Assembly: GCA_965262615.1 (NCBI GenBank)
Contig: OZ253545.1
Location: forward strand, 1-64,000
Length of the DNA stretch: 64,000 nucleotides
Source of the DNA: Alphaproteobacteria bacterium
Lineage (GTDB): Bacteria > Pseudomonadota > Alphaproteobacteria > GM7ARS4 > G965262615
Direction: 5' to 3'
Shown here in pieces: positions 9,757 to 19,540 of the stretch; the stretch's first letter is position 1, and each line of letters starts with the position of its first letter. Below the pieces are notes generated by a model. The model was not told where the DNA came from and did no database searches. It worked only from the letters and a program-made list of their open reading frames with translations. A program made the position numbers and the translations under genes.

Positions 9757-11374
9757 CATGACCATGCGCGCCATTGACGATGATTTTGAGCTCTGGCTCA
9801 CCCCATCGCTCAAAGACCACACGCCCGACCCCGCCATCATCACCGACATGAGCAAAGCCGCGCAGCGCATCGCTCACGCCATCAAAACCAACGAGACGAT
9901 TGGCATCATATCGGATTACGATGTGGATGGTGTCACGGCGGCGGCGCAGTTGGTGCGATTTTTGCGTCACTACGATGCCCCTCATGCGGTGCGTATTCCT
10001 CATCGGCAAGAGGGTTATGGACCCAATCCAAACCTGCTGAATGAATTGACCAATGAAGGCGCAAGTTTATTGGTGTCATTGGATGGCGGCACGGCATCGG
10101 GCGCATTGTGGAAAACCGTCTCGCACGATGTGATTGTGGTGGATCATCATTTGTGCATTGAGCCGCTCAGCATTCACGGCTTCATCAATCCACAGCGTGA
10201 CGATGACACCAGCGGTCTCACCATGCTGTGCGCCAGCGGTCTCACCTTTTTATTGCTGATTGAACTACGCCGAACCCTACGCCGTGACGGCATGAGCGAT
10301 TGTGACCTTCTGCCGTTGCTGGACTTCGCCTGTCTGGGAACGCTGTGTGACATGGTGCCTCTCAGCGGTTTCAATCGCGTGCTCACTCGTGTGGGACTGC
10401 GTCAGTTGCAGAACAAGGGGGCAAGCCATCACGGACTACGGGAATTGATGAAAGTAGCTGGCATCAAGAAAGATAAAAACTCGAATGAGTATAAAATTTC
10501 ACCTGATGACATTACTTTTGGTTTGGGTCCTCGCCTTAATGCGGCGGGCAGAATGGAGCATGCCAAGAGTGCCTTGCACCTGCTCACCACCGACCATGAT
10601 GGAGAAGTCTTTATTCTTGCCAAAGAACTCAATGACCTCAATAAAGAGCGACAACTACAAGAGCAAGTTCATAGTGCCAAAATCATCAAAGAACTGTCTG
10701 ACAAACCTCGCCAGCCGTTTATTTTGGCGCGCGGGGATTATCATGAAGGCGTGGTGGGATTGCTTGCCAGCCGCCTTGCCAATCGCTACGAAACCCTCGC
10801 GCTGGTTTTGTATGAAAAACAAAACGGACACCTTTCGGGCTCGGTTCGCAGTGGCAATGGGGTGCATATTGGTGATGTGTTGGCGGCGGCTCGGCAAAAC
10901 AATTGCATTGTGCAAGGGGGCGGCCATGCGGCGGCGGGCGGGTTGACTCTTGCCGCCGACCAATGGAATGACTTTGAAGCCTTTCTCACCACAACATTGG
11001 GCAATCACCAACCGCCCACGCCGCAATGGCTGATTGATTTTGATCGCCCGTTGGCGGACATTGGGTCGGTCATGGGCGCGCTGACGGCTTTTGCACCGTG
11101 GGGCATGAATCATCCGCCGCCGCTGGTGCTGTCTCGGAATTTATCGGTGCACGATGTGCGGTTTATCAAAGACGGTCATCTGCGCTGCCGCCTGTGCGAC
11201 ACCGATGGCAAGAGCTGGGAATCAATCGCCTTTCGTGCCTACGACACACCACTGGGAAACATTCTATATAAGAACGAAGGATTGGCTCGCCCCCTGCTGC
11301 TGCGCCTGAATGACGGCATGGATTCCATTCACATCATAGACACCACAAAAAGTACCACAAATCTTAATATCTAA
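9629..11374 (+). CDS. recJ: ssDNA-specific exonuclease RecJ
   Basis: DYDVDG, R.EGYG, VVDHH, GTLCDMVPL, GPRLNAAGR, GGGHAAAGG. Confidence 0.95.
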   Translation: MPTTLLPATESVTHHEWLMRPYTQDAVTALMTQQSISREVAQFMTMRAIDDDFELWLTPSLKDHTPDPAIITDMSKAAQRIAHAIKTNETIGIISDYDVDGVTAAAQLVRFLRHYDAPHAVRIPHRQEGYGPNPNLLNELTNEGASLLVSLDGGTASGALWKTVSHDVIVVDHHLCIEPLSIHGFINPQRDDDTSGLTMLCASGLTFLLLIELRRTLRRDGMSDCDLLPLLDFACLGTLCDMVPLSGFNRVLTRVGLRQLQNKGASHHGLRELMKVAGIKKDKNSNEYKISPDDITFGLGPRLNAAGRMEHAKSALHLLTTDHDGEVFILAKELNDLNKERQLQEQVHSAKIIKELSDKPRQPFILARGDYHEGVVGLLASRLANRYETLALVLYEKQNGHLSGSVRSGNGVHIGDVLAAARQNNCIVQGGGHAAAGGLTLAADQWNDFEAFLTTTLGNHQPPTPQWLIDFDRPLADIGSVMGALTAFAPWGMNHPPPLVLSRNLSVHDVRFIKDGHLRCRLCDTDGKSWESIAFRAYDTPLGNILYKNEGLARPLLLRLNDGMDSIHIIDTTKSTTNLNI

Positions 11375-13751
11375 TTCGCACGCCGCCATAAACGCCAAAG
11401 GGCAAGCCCACCGACTGAAAACGCCGTGTCGTGCCACCGCCCGCCACTTCCGTTGGGTCGGCAATGAGACCAAAAGTCTCGTAGTCTTGGTCAAACAGAT
11501 TGTCCATGCGCAAAAATGCTTCCACATTGTCATGAAAGCGATAGCGGCTGTGCAGGGACACGATGGCATAGGCATCCAAAGTCTCCAACTGATTGGATTC
11601 ATCGCCTCGGTAATACTGGTCACCAACCACAACCACATCTAAGCCCACATTGAGCTCGGGCAGAATGTCATAGCCCACAAAAAAACCGCCACTGTGTTGA
11701 GGAATGCCCGTAATACGGTCACCCTTTGAGACCTGAATTTTGCCGTTTGTCGCTTCGCTGTGAGCTTCGCTGGACACCTCAAAATCGGTTTCAAAGGTGG
11801 CTTGCAAAAAGCTGTAATGAAATCGCCAATTGAGGTCGCGCCAGCTTCCCGCCAGCAGAAATTCGCCGCCCTGACGCTTGGTGTCACCGACATTTTGAAA
11901 GTAGCCGGTTCCCACTTGACTGCCCGCAATAAAAAGAATGTCGTTGCGATTGACTCCATGAAAATACGCCGCCGACCATTCCCACGACACATCGCGGCTC
12001 TTGGCATTGCCGCGTAACCCCAATTCAAAGCTGCGATTGCGCACCTGTTCCAGTGGCGGGTCTGCCAAAAATGCGTTGGGCAGGCGACATGGGGCATCTT
12101 CGCTGGCACATCCCAGCTCCGCCGCCGTGGGCGCACGACTGGATTCGCTGTAGTTGCCATAGAACTGTACCGGTTTTAATGCCCGCCACACCACACCAAC
12201 GGACGGATTAAAACGCTGAAAAACATGATTGCCGTTGAGAGCCGTCCCTTGCTGATCCTTCATTTCAATCTTTGTCCAGTTCCAGCGTCCCGCCAGAGTC
12301 ACATCCACATCGTCAGTGAGTGCCATCACATCCATGAGATACAAGCCAAAATGGGTGTTGGTGGTGTCCAGCCCCACGGGCGCGGCTTCTGGTGATGTCG
12401 CCCCAATGGTGATGCCAGACAGCGTGATGCCGCGCGTCTCATTGATAAAGCCAATCTCACTGGATGAATGATACGACACCTCCCCCATGTCCAACGCCAT
12501 GCCGCCGATGAGAATGTTATCAAACGACCCCCAAGCGGTTTTGAAGCGATCCTCATAGGTGGCTTGCACATTGAAACCGCCACTTTGACTCTCCGTCTCA
12601 CTACGATTATAAGCACCCCCATTATCCTCAAGGTCATCCTCTTCAAGACTCAAGCCATGGAGATTATTGAGAGCTTCCACATAGTCATCTTTTTCGATGA
12701 GCTGATTGTTGGCATCTCTATAGCGTTCATCGCCACATTCAGCTTCGCTACTGCCCTCTTCAGCCGCGAGATATTCCTCACCGCCAACATTACACTCTTC
12801 TAGTTCAAATTCATCGCCGTTGGTGGTTTCACGGTCTCTGTCACGAAAATAGGCGTTGCCTTGAATGCTGATTTGAGAATCCACCTCAAAATTGAATGTG
12901 CTGTTGAGTGCAAACAGCATGTTTTCGGTGATATCGGGATGAGTAAAGACGGCTTTGCGTCCCTCACGAGCAATGAGATCCACGGGAGCGGGCCCATTGC
13001 CTCTGATGTCACTGATTCCCAGCGTCCAATCAAGAGATACTTCCAGTTTTTTATCACGATAGCGGGCATCAGAGAAAAACTGATGGTAGCTGGATTCAGA
13101 GAATTTGCGATAGCCCTCATCTTCCGCGCCTTTGTAGCCGGCATAGACCGCCCAGTTTTTGTTTGACCATCCGCTTTCAGCGATTCCTTCCACTCGTCCG
13201 AATTGTCCGCCGCCAATCTCGGCACTGATTCCTTTGTTGTCAAAGCCGTTTTTCATCTGCAGAGCCAGTGCCCCGCCGAGGGCATTGAGTCCAAAGATGG
13301 GGTTGGCTCCTGAGATCATCTGTGCCTGCTGGACGGCAAATTCGGGAATGCCATCCCACTGCACCACATCGCCAAAGGGCTCATTGACGCGCACGCCATT
13401 TTGATAAACCGCCAATCCTTGCGGCAATCCCAAAAGGGGTGAGGCGGTGTAGCCTCTGTAATGCAAGTCGCGCTGCAACGGACTGTTTTGCGCGTCAATG
13501 ATTGAGACTGACGGAATGAGTTTGCGCAAACTGGAAGCCAAGTCCCAATCGCGCGCCTCTTGCAACATCGCACCACTCGCCGTGTAACTGCTGGACGCCA
13601 CGCGATCTTTCGGCAATGACGCGCCAAGAACCGGCGTAACAGCAATGACTTCAATATCTTTTAGTTTGACGGGCTCTGTTTGTTGTGCCGACACTCCATT
13701 GGAACTGGTCGCAAAGGCAATAGCAAAAAATAAACAACAACGCTTCATCAT
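11364..13751 (-). CDS. TonB-dependent outer-membrane receptor
   Basis: Signal peptide, IEVIAVT TonB-box-like segment, plug (GLPQGLAVYQNGVRVNEPFGD, GLNALGGAL), NLFDQDY, C-terminal GVRIRY. Confidence 0.92.
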   Translation of the reverse strand: MMKRCCLFFAIAFATSSNGVSAQQTEPVKLKDIEVIAVTPVLGASLPKDRVASSSYTASGAMLQEARDWDLASSLRKLIPSVSIIDAQNSPLQRDLHYRGYTASPLLGLPQGLAVYQNGVRVNEPFGDVVQWDGIPEFAVQQAQMISGANPIFGLNALGGALALQMKNGFDNKGISAEIGGGQFGRVEGIAESGWSNKNWAVYAGYKGAEDEGYRKFSESSYHQFFSDARYRDKKLEVSLDWTLGISDIRGNGPAPVDLIAREGRKAVFTHPDITENMLFALNSTFNFEVDSQISIQGNAYFRDRDRETTNGDEFELEECNVGGEEYLAAEEGSSEAECGDERYRDANNQLIEKDDYVEALNNLHGLSLEEDDLEDNGGAYNRSETESQSGGFNVQATYEDRFKTAWGSFDNILIGGMALDMGEVSYHSSSEIGFINETRGITLSGITIGATSPEAAPVGLDTTNTHFGLYLMDVMALTDDVDVTLAGRWNWTKIEMKDQQGTALNGNHVFQRFNPSVGVVWRALKPVQFYGNYSESSRAPTAAELGCASEDAPCRLPNAFLADPPLEQVRNRSFELGLRGNAKSRDVSWEWSAAYFHGVNRNDILFIAGSQVGTGYFQNVGDTKRQGGEFLLAGSWRDLNWRFHYSFLQATFETDFEVSSEAHSEATNGKIQVSKGDRITGIPQHSGGFFVGYDILPELNVGLDVVVVGDQYYRGDESNQLETLDAYAIVSLHSRYRFHDNVEAFLRMDNLFDQDYETFGLIADPTEVAGGGTTRRFQSVGLPFGVYGGVRIRY

Positions 13752-13858
13752 GACTCATCCTCCCTTGTCGGTCATGGGTGATAAAAGAAGTCTTTGAAAG
13801 AGGTCTTTGCAAAAGGACAAAATATCCTTATACATTAAGGATGATAGGAAAAATTTTT

Positions 13859-14686
13859 ATGAAAATCAACAGTGCCATAACCAGAATTCGCGTGGGCTCA
13901 GCCATTGTTGCTGCGATGGTGTTCATGTCATCGGCTGCCTACGGAAATGATATTTGGAGTCGCGGTAGTGATTATTTCATTCGTTTGGAATCTCAGGACA
14001 CTCTGCGCAATCAGACACCGCCGCGCAACAATCACCCTCATAGCTTGAGCAAGGAGTCCATTCGTCAGGCATTGAGTCTGCTGTATTACGCGCCCGCCTC
14101 CGATGACGAAGCCACGCCGCTTTTTGCCGAACAAACCCTTGATTTGTTGAGTGTGGCTCTGCACAACGGCTTGCGGGAGGCGAGCCCCACGCAGGATGTC
14201 ACCTTCTTGGTAGAGACATGGCATGAGTTGTTTCTGGGTTTGAGCGAAGCCCTTGTGGTGGGGGGGCGCGCTTTTTTTGTGGGTGATTCGCTCCAATTGA
14301 TTGTCGGCACGCTGCGGTCTCCCAATCGCCGTTCGTTGTCGGAGGCGGAGGGTCAGGTGGTCAATAAGGACACGCGCCTGCATCCTTATTTCATCGGCTA
14401 TCGTGACAAACGCATTCGCCACAAGGGGGTGCTCAGTGCCGAAGCCAATTCGGGAGTCTATACGGCATCCTCCAATCGCCGCGATTGGCTGGTCTTCACC
14501 CCCGCCGCCCTCGGCAGAGGAAAAGTCGCCGAAAAATCATCCGCAAAAATGCCCGCCATAGACGACATGGAACTGAAACCCTCAGTCCGCAAGCGTCTTG
14601 AGGCTCTGAAAAAACTGCGAGACGATGGGCTTATTTCCGATGACGATTTTCAACAGAAAAAACGCGACATTCTCAACGACCTGTAA
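13859..14686 (+). CDS. Exported SHOCT-domain protein
   Basis: Signal peptide; C-terminal RLEALKKLRDDGLISDDDFQQKKRDILNDL; start uncertain (13778/13841/13859). Confidence 0.8.
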   Translation: MKINSAITRIRVGSAIVAAMVFMSSAAYGNDIWSRGSDYFIRLESQDTLRNQTPPRNNHPHSLSKESIRQALSLLYYAPASDDEATPLFAEQTLDLLSVALHNGLREASPTQDVTFLVETWHELFLGLSEALVVGGRAFFVGDSLQLIVGTLRSPNRRSLSEAEGQVVNKDTRLHPYFIGYRDKRIRHKGVLSAEANSGVYTASSNRRDWLVFTPAALGRGKVAEKSSAKMPAIDDMELKPSVRKRLEALKKLRDDGLISDDDFQQKKRDILNDL

Positions 14687-14720
14687 GCAACCCCTCAGCA
14701 ACCTCTCATCACCCTCTCGG

Positions 14721-14793
14721 CGACCCCAACGGGATTCGAACCCGTGTTACCGCCTTGAAAGGGCGATGTCCTAGGCCTCTAGACGATGGGGTC
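14721..14793 (-). tRNA. tRNA-Glu(TTC)
   Basis: Reverse complement GACCCCATCGTCTAGAGGCCTAGGACATCGCCCTTTCAAGGCGGTAACACGGGTTCGAATCCCGTTGGGGTCG; CCA not encoded. Confidence 0.95.
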
Positions 14794-14890
14794 CCATAAA
14801 GTGATGTAAACTATGACAAGGAAAATGACAAGGCGAATCACAAGTCATCTCTGTCTTGACTTTACATCTAATTGCTTCTAGCTGAATGGT

Positions 14891-15290
14891 GTCAGGCGGT
14901 CGGACGGTCGCTCTTGTCATTCTTGATGAGGGAGGAAAGTCCGGGCTCCAAAGGGATGAGGATGACGGGTAACGCCCGTCGGGGGTGACCCTAGGGATAG
15001 CGCCACAGAAAATATACCGCCGCGATTCGCGGTAAGGGTGAAAAGGTGCGGTAAGAGCGCACCGCACGAATGGTAACATTCGTGGCTCGGCAAGCCCCAT
15101 CCGGAGCAAGCCTAAACAGAACGGCGAATTGTGAGAAAAACATCTGAAATGGTGAAGTCTCAAATCGGCGAATCCCACGTCTGTCCGTTCAGGTGAGGTG
15201 CATGAGGCAAGCGGTAACGATTGTCCCAGATGAATGACCGTCTCGCATGAAATCCATGACGAACAGAACCCGGCTTACAGACCGCCTGAC
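14891..15290 (+). ncRNA. rnpB: RNase P RNA (class A)
   Basis: GAGGAAAGTCCGGGCTC and ACAGAACCCGGCTTA universal motifs; P1 ends gtcaggcggtc / gaccgcctgac; TTGACT-17bp-TAGCTG upstream. Confidence 0.96.
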
Positions 15291-15325
15291 AAAAACAAAA
15301 TGACAAAAAAGATGACATCAAGAGA

Positions 15326-16177
15326 GTGACACATTACATGACTTCATCAATTCTCGCACCGTCCGGCAAAAATCGTGCCTCTGAAAATTTTCCTGTGGGC
15401 TCATTGCTCATTGCGCGCGATTTGCGAAAAACTGTTCATTTGTATTATCAATGGGCGCGCGCCAGCGATGACATCGCCGACAGTGCCACCCTCACGCCGT
15501 CCGACAAGAAAAAACGCCTCCGCCAGTTGCATGATTGTCTCACCCGTGACACCCCAAACGCGCCGCCCTTTTGCGCGCCCCTCAAAGACCATCTGCAAAG
15601 CCATGATGTTCCCCTGCGCCACGCCACCGATTTGCTCATTGCTTTTACCAAAGATGCCGACAATCATCGCTATGACACATGGGATGCCCTCATCAATGAT
15701 TACTGCATGAATTCCGCCGCTCCTGTGGGACGCTTCTTGCTTGCTTTGCACGGCGAACAAACGGGCGGATTGTTCTACAGCGATGCCCTGTGCAATGTGC
15801 TGCAAATTCTCAATCATCTGCAAGACATCAAAGACGATGCCACGAAACTTCAACGCATCTATCTGCCGCGCCAGTGGATGACACAATATGGCGTGACCGA
15901 CAAGGATTGCACCCGCGATGCCATGACTCCAGCACTGCGCCAACTGGTCAATCGCATGCTGGATGCCTGCGATGATCTCATAGCGGAAGCCAAAAAACTA
16001 CCCTTCTTATTGGCGAACCCCCGCCTGCGAATGGAATCGGCGGGCATTGTCCGCATTGCCCAACAATTAAGCACATTGTTGCGGCGGCATGACCCTCTCG
16101 CTGGCAGAGTGAAGCTCAGCAAAGCGATGTATGCCTCTTGTCTGGGGCGCGGCATCGTGCGAGGAATAATCTCGTAA
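15326..16177 (+). CDS. hpnC: Squalene synthase HpnC-like
   Basis: SGK..ENFPVGSLL, ARASDDIAD, YCMNSAAPVGR, LQILNHLQD, RIYLP. Confidence 0.88.
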   Translation: MTHYMTSSILAPSGKNRASENFPVGSLLIARDLRKTVHLYYQWARASDDIADSATLTPSDKKKRLRQLHDCLTRDTPNAPPFCAPLKDHLQSHDVPLRHATDLLIAFTKDADNHRYDTWDALINDYCMNSAAPVGRFLLALHGEQTGGLFYSDALCNVLQILNHLQDIKDDATKLQRIYLPRQWMTQYGVTDKDCTRDAMTPALRQLVNRMLDACDDLIAEAKKLPFLLANPRLRMESAGIVRIAQQLSTLLRRHDPLAGRVKLSKAMYASCLGRGIVRGIIS

Positions 16178-16239
16178 GGTGGGAGCTTGTCATGGTTTTA
16201 TCTTGCGCGATGTATTGTTAAAGTGATATAGTCATACTC

Positions 16240-17151
16240 ATGGAAGCTATGCTCGTAGTCATTGTTGTTGCTGTTGCTCTGCTTGTGGTTATTGCCTTTG
16301 CTACATTTCGAGCTGTTTCAGAGGTTAAAGAAAGACAGACTGACCAAAGAGCCGACCTTGCAGAACAAAAGAGTGAAATGCTGGAAACACTCGCTCCTCT
16401 GAATGCAAGGTTGGGTGAAATAAGCGCGATGAAACATCCCATTAACGAGCTCAATATGGCTTTTGCTAAAATCGGCGACAGAGGCTACATTGGTGAAATG
16501 CAATTGCAAGATATTGTCAGAGACCAATTGCCAGCAAAATTTGTGCAATGGCAAACAACGCTTCCCGATGGCAAACGCCCCGATTGCTTGCTGGATTTTC
16601 CCCAACCTGTCGGCAAAATAGTGATTGATGCAAAATTCCCATCGGATGTGTATCAACAGTATCATCGCGCTGGCACTGAAACGGAACGCAAAAATGCACT
16701 CAAGAGATTCAGAGACAGCATAAAAGCAGACATTGATGGTGTCTCGCGTAAATACATAGAAGGCAACATGGCAGAAAAAGCTTTGCTTTTTATACCAAGT
16801 GAAGGGATTTTTTCGCTCATTCACGAACAGTGCAATGATTTAGCACAGTATGCCTATAGAAAAGGCGTGTTCATTGTGTCCCCTGCTACTTTATGGGCGG
16901 TGCTCAATACCATCAGGGCTGTTTTGCGTGATGTAGAAATGAAAGAACACATCAACGCCATCAAACAATTAATTAATAAAGTGGGCGATGACGCACAACG
17001 CCTCAGTGATCGCGCTCATAAGCTGCAAAAACATTTCAATTCAGCACAAGATGATGTCAGAGGCATGGTCACATCAGCCAGTAAAATAGGAACAAACGCA
17101 AAAAAAATCACCGAAGAACCCGAACAGATTAGTCTGTTGTCTCATGATTAA
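16240..17151 (+). CDS. rmuC: DNA recombination protein RmuC family
   Basis: N-terminal TM, RGYIGEMQL, RPDC, IDAKFP, LFIPSEG, VSPATL. Confidence 0.9.
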   Translation: MEAMLVVIVVAVALLVVIAFATFRAVSEVKERQTDQRADLAEQKSEMLETLAPLNARLGEISAMKHPINELNMAFAKIGDRGYIGEMQLQDIVRDQLPAKFVQWQTTLPDGKRPDCLLDFPQPVGKIVIDAKFPSDVYQQYHRAGTETERKNALKRFRDSIKADIDGVSRKYIEGNMAEKALLFIPSEGIFSLIHEQCNDLAQYAYRKGVFIVSPATLWAVLNTIRAVLRDVEMKEHINAIKQLINKVGDDAQRLSDRAHKLQKHFNSAQDDVRGMVTSASKIGTNAKKITEEPEQISLLSHD

Positions 17152-18325
17152 GCTTAGTTTTATTCTCTTGTTTCTCGTGTCATCGGCTCACGGTTTGTCG
17201 GGCTTTGAGCCGCCGGGCAGTCGTCTTCGTGTGATGCTTGATTCCCTGCCTGAGCCATACGAGGAGGATGCCTCTTCCAACAGCCCCCGCACCGTCCCGC
17301 CGCCACCGAATTGGCGACCTCTTGTGGCGAATGGCTGGCGCGTCAGCATCTTTGCTCAAGACTTGCGCGGTGCACGAGAAATGACCAAAGACGCACGCGG
17401 ATTTGTTTATGTAACCCTTCCCTATGACGATGAAATTGTGCGTCTGCAAGAGTCCCCTGATGGTAACACCATCATGACGCGATGCCATGACGATTTTGAT
17501 TTTCCCTACGGCATAGAGTTTCATAACAATTCGCTCTATGTGGCAGATTCGGACGGCGTGTGGCGATTGGCGGGCGATGACCCGTGCCTTGACAGCGACC
17601 CCACCCTTCTCACGCCGCCTCATGCCATGGGGCGGGCGCGCGGGCATCGCTCTCGCAATCTTGCCATTGCCCCTGATGGCGCAAGTTTTTTCGTGGCGAT
17701 TGGCTCTATCGGCAACATTGCGGACGAGCCGTCCCCCCATGCCACCATTCAACAATTCACCATAGACGGCAAGCCTTTGAAAACCTACGCGTCTGGCTTG
17801 CGCAATCCTGTGGGCTTGGCGTTTAATCCTGCAGACAACACATTGTGGACATCGGTCAATGAGCGTGACTGGCTGGGCGACCGCCTCGTGCCAGACTATG
17901 TCACTCGCGTGCAAGAGGATGGCTTTTACGGATGGCCTTACGCTTATCTGGGGGGCATTCCCCAACCGGACTATGCCGAGCTCGCGCCCGACAAGGTGGC
18001 GGCGACTCTGTTGCCCGATGTGCTCATACGGGCACACTCTGCGCCACTGGGCATGGCATTTTTTCAAGGGGATTTATTTGTCGCCCTGCATGGCTCATGG
18101 AATGCCGGGGTGGCTCAGGGCTACATCGTGGCGCGCATTGAATTCACCGATGGCAAGGCATCCCCCCATTACGAAGTCTTCATGACCAACTTTCGCCAAG
18201 ACGATGGCACAGACCGCCCCATCGTGACGGGACGACCCGCCTCTGTCCTCGCCTATGACGACACATCAATTCTGGTGAGTGACGATGCCGCCGGCATCAT
18301 CTGGCGAATCGTAAAGATTGACTGA
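17144..18325 (+). CDS. PQQ-dependent sugar/sorbosone dehydrogenase family (beta-propeller)
   Basis: GLRNPVGLAF, VNERDWLGDRLVPDY, FYGWPY, AHSAPLG, HGSWN, GRP, VSDD. Confidence 0.9.
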   Translation: MIKLSFILLFLVSSAHGLSGFEPPGSRLRVMLDSLPEPYEEDASSNSPRTVPPPPNWRPLVANGWRVSIFAQDLRGAREMTKDARGFVYVTLPYDDEIVRLQESPDGNTIMTRCHDDFDFPYGIEFHNNSLYVADSDGVWRLAGDDPCLDSDPTLLTPPHAMGRARGHRSRNLAIAPDGASFFVAIGSIGNIADEPSPHATIQQFTIDGKPLKTYASGLRNPVGLAFNPADNTLWTSVNERDWLGDRLVPDYVTRVQEDGFYGWPYAYLGGIPQPDYAELAPDKVAATLLPDVLIRAHSAPLGMAFFQGDLFVALHGSWNAGVAQGYIVARIEFTDGKASPHYEVFMTNFRQDDGTDRPIVTGRPASVLAYDDTSILVSDDAAGIIWRIVKID

Positions 18326-18657
18326 TTTTCTGCCGCGCAATATCCACATATTGACGATGGCACAGACCGCCCCATCGTGACGGGACGACCCGCCTCTGTT
18401 CTTGCCTATGATGACACATCAATTCTGGTGAGTGACGATGCCGCCGGCATCATCTGGCGAATCGTAAAGATTGACTGATTTTCTGCCGCGCAATATCCAC
18501 ATATTGACGATGGCACAGACCGCCCCTCGTGACGGGACGACCCGCCTCTGTCCTCGCCTATGACGACACATCAATTCTGGTGAGTGACGATGCCGCCGGC
18601 ATCATCTGGCGAATCGTAAAGATTGACTGATTTTCTGCCGCGCAATATCCACATATT
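18200..18657. repeat. 3 x ~153-bp tandem repeat of the convergent dehydrogenase/methyltransferase 3' ends
   Basis: Units start gacgatggcacagaccg at 18200, 18353 and 18506; a few substitutions and a 1-bp deletion in copy 3. Confidence 0.95.
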
Positions 18658-19540
18658 TTTGCTCCAACTCATAACCAATGAAGTGGCGTTCCGTTTGCAC
18701 CGCCGCCACCGCCGTTGTGCCCGCTCCCATGAAGGGGTCAAGAATGACATCGCCCTTGTAGGAATACAAATTAATCAAACGGCGCGGCAGCTCCAACGGA
18801 AACGGTGCGGGGTGTTGCTCCCTTTTGGCACTGGCAGCAGAGAAGTGCCACACGCTTTTGGTGGCTTCCATGAAATCATCACGACCGATGGTGCTTTCCT
18901 TGATGGGATCGCGTTGATACTGCCCCTTAGAAAAAACCAAAATATACTCATGCACATCGCGCAAAGAGGGATTGCTCGCCGACTTCCAGCTGCCCCACGC
19001 ACACGATGACCCCGCACTCGCCCCCTTGTCCCAAATAATCTCGCCCCGCATGAGAAAATCACACTCGCCCGCCAGCTCAATAATGGAAGCATGGAGAGGA
19101 ATGTAGGGTTTGCGTCCGATGTTGGCGATGTTGATGCAGGCGCGTCCGCCATCCACCAACACCCGATGGGTTTCTTGCAGAACGGCGCGCAAAAAATTTT
19201 TATAACCATCAAGTGAAAGATCCTCATCGTATTCCTTGCCCACATTGTAGGGGGGCGAGGTCACCATGAGATGGACGCAATTATCAGGCAAGTGCCTCAT
19301 GGAACGACTATCATGACAATAAATAACATCAAGAGCACTTTCTTTCAGCTCATTGACTTTGTTTTCTACACTGACACCATTTTTGACTGGCTTAGCATCA
19401 CGATAGATTTTGCGCTGATAAAAACGGCTGGCATCGTGTCCTTCGCGCTTTGGCGTTCCAAAGGAGGTTGTGTGACTTTTCTTTTTATTTTTATACAATG
19501 TGATGCCCCGTTTCCTGTTCAATTGTGTGCAACCGCTCAA
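18602..19540 (-). CDS. Site-specific DNA methyltransferase, beta class (SPPY; probably N4-cytosine)
   Basis: VTSPPYNV, HPAPFP, ILDPFMGAGTT; true start uncertain (possibly TTG at 19498). Confidence 0.9.
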   Translation of the reverse strand: MSGCTQLNRKRGITLYKNKKKSHTTSFGTPKREGHDASRFYQRKIYRDAKPVKNGVSVENKVNELKESALDVIYCHDSRSMRHLPDNCVHLMVTSPPYNVGKEYDEDLSLDGYKNFLRAVLQETHRVLVDGGRACINIANIGRKPYIPLHASIIELAGECDFLMRGEIIWDKGASAGSSCAWGSWKSASNPSLRDVHEYILVFSKGQYQRDPIKESTIGRDDFMEATKSVWHFSAASAKREQHPAPFPLELPRRLINLYSYKGDVILDPFMGAGTTAVAAVQTERHFIGYELEQKYVDIARQKISQSLRFAR

